DNA from: Gemmatimonadota bacterium
GTDB taxonomy: Bacteria; Gemmatimonadota; Gemmatimonadetes; Longimicrobiales; Gaopeijiaceae
DNA length: 64,000 nt
Reading direction: 5' to 3'
Assembly: GCA_039589315.1 (NCBI GenBank)
Contig: JBDHHQ010000010.1
Span: 1-64,000, forward strand
This document shows, piece by piece, positions 62,573 through 64,000 of this stretch. Numbering within the stretch: the stretch's first letter is position 1; each line of letters begins with the position of its first letter. The notes below the pieces were generated by a model, which searched no databases, was not told the origin of the DNA, and saw only the letters and a list, made by a program, of their open reading frames with translations. The position numbers were made by a program, and so were the translations under genes.

Positions 62573-64000
62573 TCAGCTCACGGGCACCCCCCTGTGGGTC
62601 GTGGCCCGCTGGATGGCGTTGAAGAGGAGCTTGTAGGTACCCCGTGCCTGGCCGCGGTGCTGGGGCCGGAATCCGAACAGCACCACCCTCCCCTGGCCCA
62701 ACCCGACATTCACCAGGGCGGGGCGGCCGGCCAGATGCCGCTCCTCGCCCATGGCCCAACCGCTCAGCAGGAGGTCGTCGTGAGCATAGGTGCTCACCAC
62801 CTCCACCGGCGGCGCCTCGGCTTCGGGAATGTCCTCACGCCCTCCCTCACCCGCCCGCGGCAAGCGTACCGGCTCGAAGGCCCTACCCTGAGAGAAGAAC
62901 GCCGCCACCTGAGGCTGCATGCCGCCGCTCAGCGGATGATCCGTGTCCACGTCCATGCGGATCAGGGATCCGGGAATGAAGAACTCCTCCGGGGGAAGAT
63001 CGCCCAGAGAGTTCCGCACTGGCAGGCCGAAGTGCTCGATGGGGAGGTCGGTGGAGGCGTCGAAGGCGATGAGCGTCCCCCCGTCCTCCACGAAGGCCTT
63101 GAGCCGTGCCGTGCCCTCTGCCCCGACGCCTCCCACGTACGCCTCGGGCATGATCCCCGGCAGGTTGCCGAGAAAGATCTCGTCGCCGGGGTGATTGGGC
63201 AGGACGATGGCGTCGTAGCGCGACAGGTCGCCAGTGCGGATGTCGGCGTCGTGGAGGGTGTCCACGACGAAGTCCGCCTGCTCCAGCACCCAAAGAGTCC
63301 ACCCCTGGTCGTCGACCCTGGAGTGCCACGCCTTGTACAACCCCACGCGGGGCAGCCGCAGCTCTGCCGTCGGGACGCCGGGATCGGCCGCCAAGCCCGC
63401 GAACGCCACACCCAGGTCGCGAGCCAGGTCGGACACCGCCCCCTGCACCCCGCTGCCCGCATGCACGATGAACGTGCCGGCGGCCAGCGCTCCTGCCCCC
63501 GGCGCCGCGTCCGTGACCGAGACCGCGTGCCCGTCGGCCAGCAGTCGGTTCACCGCGGTAAACGCGGCGTTCGAGCCGGCGCCGAGAGCGTACCCGAAGC
63601 CGGGATCCCCGGACACCGACCCCGGATCCACTGTCGTCAGCCCGGCGATCTCCTCCATCGGGGTCTCGAAGGGAGCGTCGATCCGTTCGACGCGGACCCC
63701 CATCTGGAGGGGCAGCGTCCAACCCGCCAGATCGTACGGCGTCTCGGGCGGACCGCCGGGGTAGCGCTGCCGCTCCGGGTAGTTGCGGGGCTCCATCAGG
63801 TTGACCACGTGCGGCCGAAACGCCTGACCGGCGAGAACGATGTACGACCCCTCCGGGTACTCGGCGCCGCCGGCGTCGAAGCGGTCCGTGGCCCGGTGCA
63901 CCTCGACGCCGGAATGGCGGAACACGTTGACCAGGTTCACCGCCTCGCTGGGATCCCACTGGTCGGGGGGGATCACGTACGCGTACGGTCCTCCCGCTTG
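62573..64000 (-). CDS. C-terminal part of an M14 zinc-carboxypeptidase-family protein (5' end outside window)
   Basis: GVEVHRA, QAFRPH, PYDLAGWTLPLQMGV, DQGWT.W, GRVVLFGFRPQHRGQ..GTYKLLFN; the frame is open to the window edge. Catalytic domain not visible. Confidence 0.8.
   Translation of the reverse strand, partial: QAGGPYAYVIPPDQWDPSEAVNLVNVFRHSGVEVHRATDRFDAGGAEYPEGSYIVLAGQAFRPHVVNLMEPRNYPERQRYPGGPPETPYDLAGWTLPLQMGVRVERIDAPFETPMEEIAGLTTVDPGSVSGDPGFGYALGAGSNAAFTAVNRLLADGHAVSVTDAAPGAGALAAGTFIVHAGSGVQGAVSDLARDLGVAFAGLAADPGVPTAELRLPRVGLYKAWHSRVDDQGWTLWVLEQADFVVDTLHDADIRTGDLSRYDAIVLPNHPGDEIFLGNLPGIMPEAYVGGVGAEGTARLKAFVEDGGTLIAFDASTDLPIEHFGLPVRNSLGDLPPEEFFIPGSLIRMDVDTDHPLSGGMQPQVAAFFSQGRAFEPVRLPRAGEGGREDIPEAEAPPVEVVSTYAHDDLLLSGWAMGEERHLAGRPALVNVGLGQGRVVLFGFRPQHRGQARGTYKLLFNAIQRATTHRGVPVS

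Noticed and set aside
1..64000. Many long alternative-frame and antisense ORFs (e.g. 6737-9040 +, 45596-48292 +, 31754-33712 -, 11981-13642 -)
   Set aside because: They shadow well-supported genes, are Arg/Gly/Pro-rich without motifs, and are expected in ~70% GC DNA.
1..64000. CRISPR array, tRNA, rRNA, IS element, integrase or prophage
   Set aside because: No regularly spaced repeats with unique spacers, no cloverleaf (GTTCGA-like strings lie inside CDSs) and no transposase, integrase or phage motifs were seen by eye.

Overview
GC-rich (about 70% by eye) bacterial chromosomal segment with roughly 47 protein-coding genes. I found no rRNA, tRNA, CRISPR array, transposase, integrase or phage genes. 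The gene content (two PadR + duplicated 'orphan' MacB/FtsX permease pairs, a VPS10/BNR-repeat protein, DUF5916, exported DinB proteins, BlaI/M56, a SARP-kinase fusion) suggests Gemmatimonadota or a similar lineage; this is inference only. Housekeeping genes are dnaE, fabH, pdxH and yjbQ. Peptide and amino-acid scavenging is a strong theme: DAACS and APC transporters plus two M29-like, S1, M24, S41, M56 and M14 peptidases. The best candidate for an undescribed system is at 15305-17077: a membrane-anchored trypsin-like (NAL1-like) serine protease flanked on both sides by small stand-alone genes homologous to its own N-terminal domain, one a predicted lipoprotein and one apparently cytoplasmic. 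Other notable items are a divergent pair of ATP-dependent amide ligases (circularly permuted ATP-grasp and asparagine-synthetase-like), a probable nona-heme lipoprotein cytochrome c preceded by a zinc-ribbon ORF, a BlaI-M56-lipoprotein rhodanese operon, a collapsed permease pseudogene, and several operator/promoter motifs readable directly from the DNA. All family assignments come from motif recognition by eye, without database searches. Several start codons were re-chosen from the ORF track using RBS, ATGA overlaps and motif positions.
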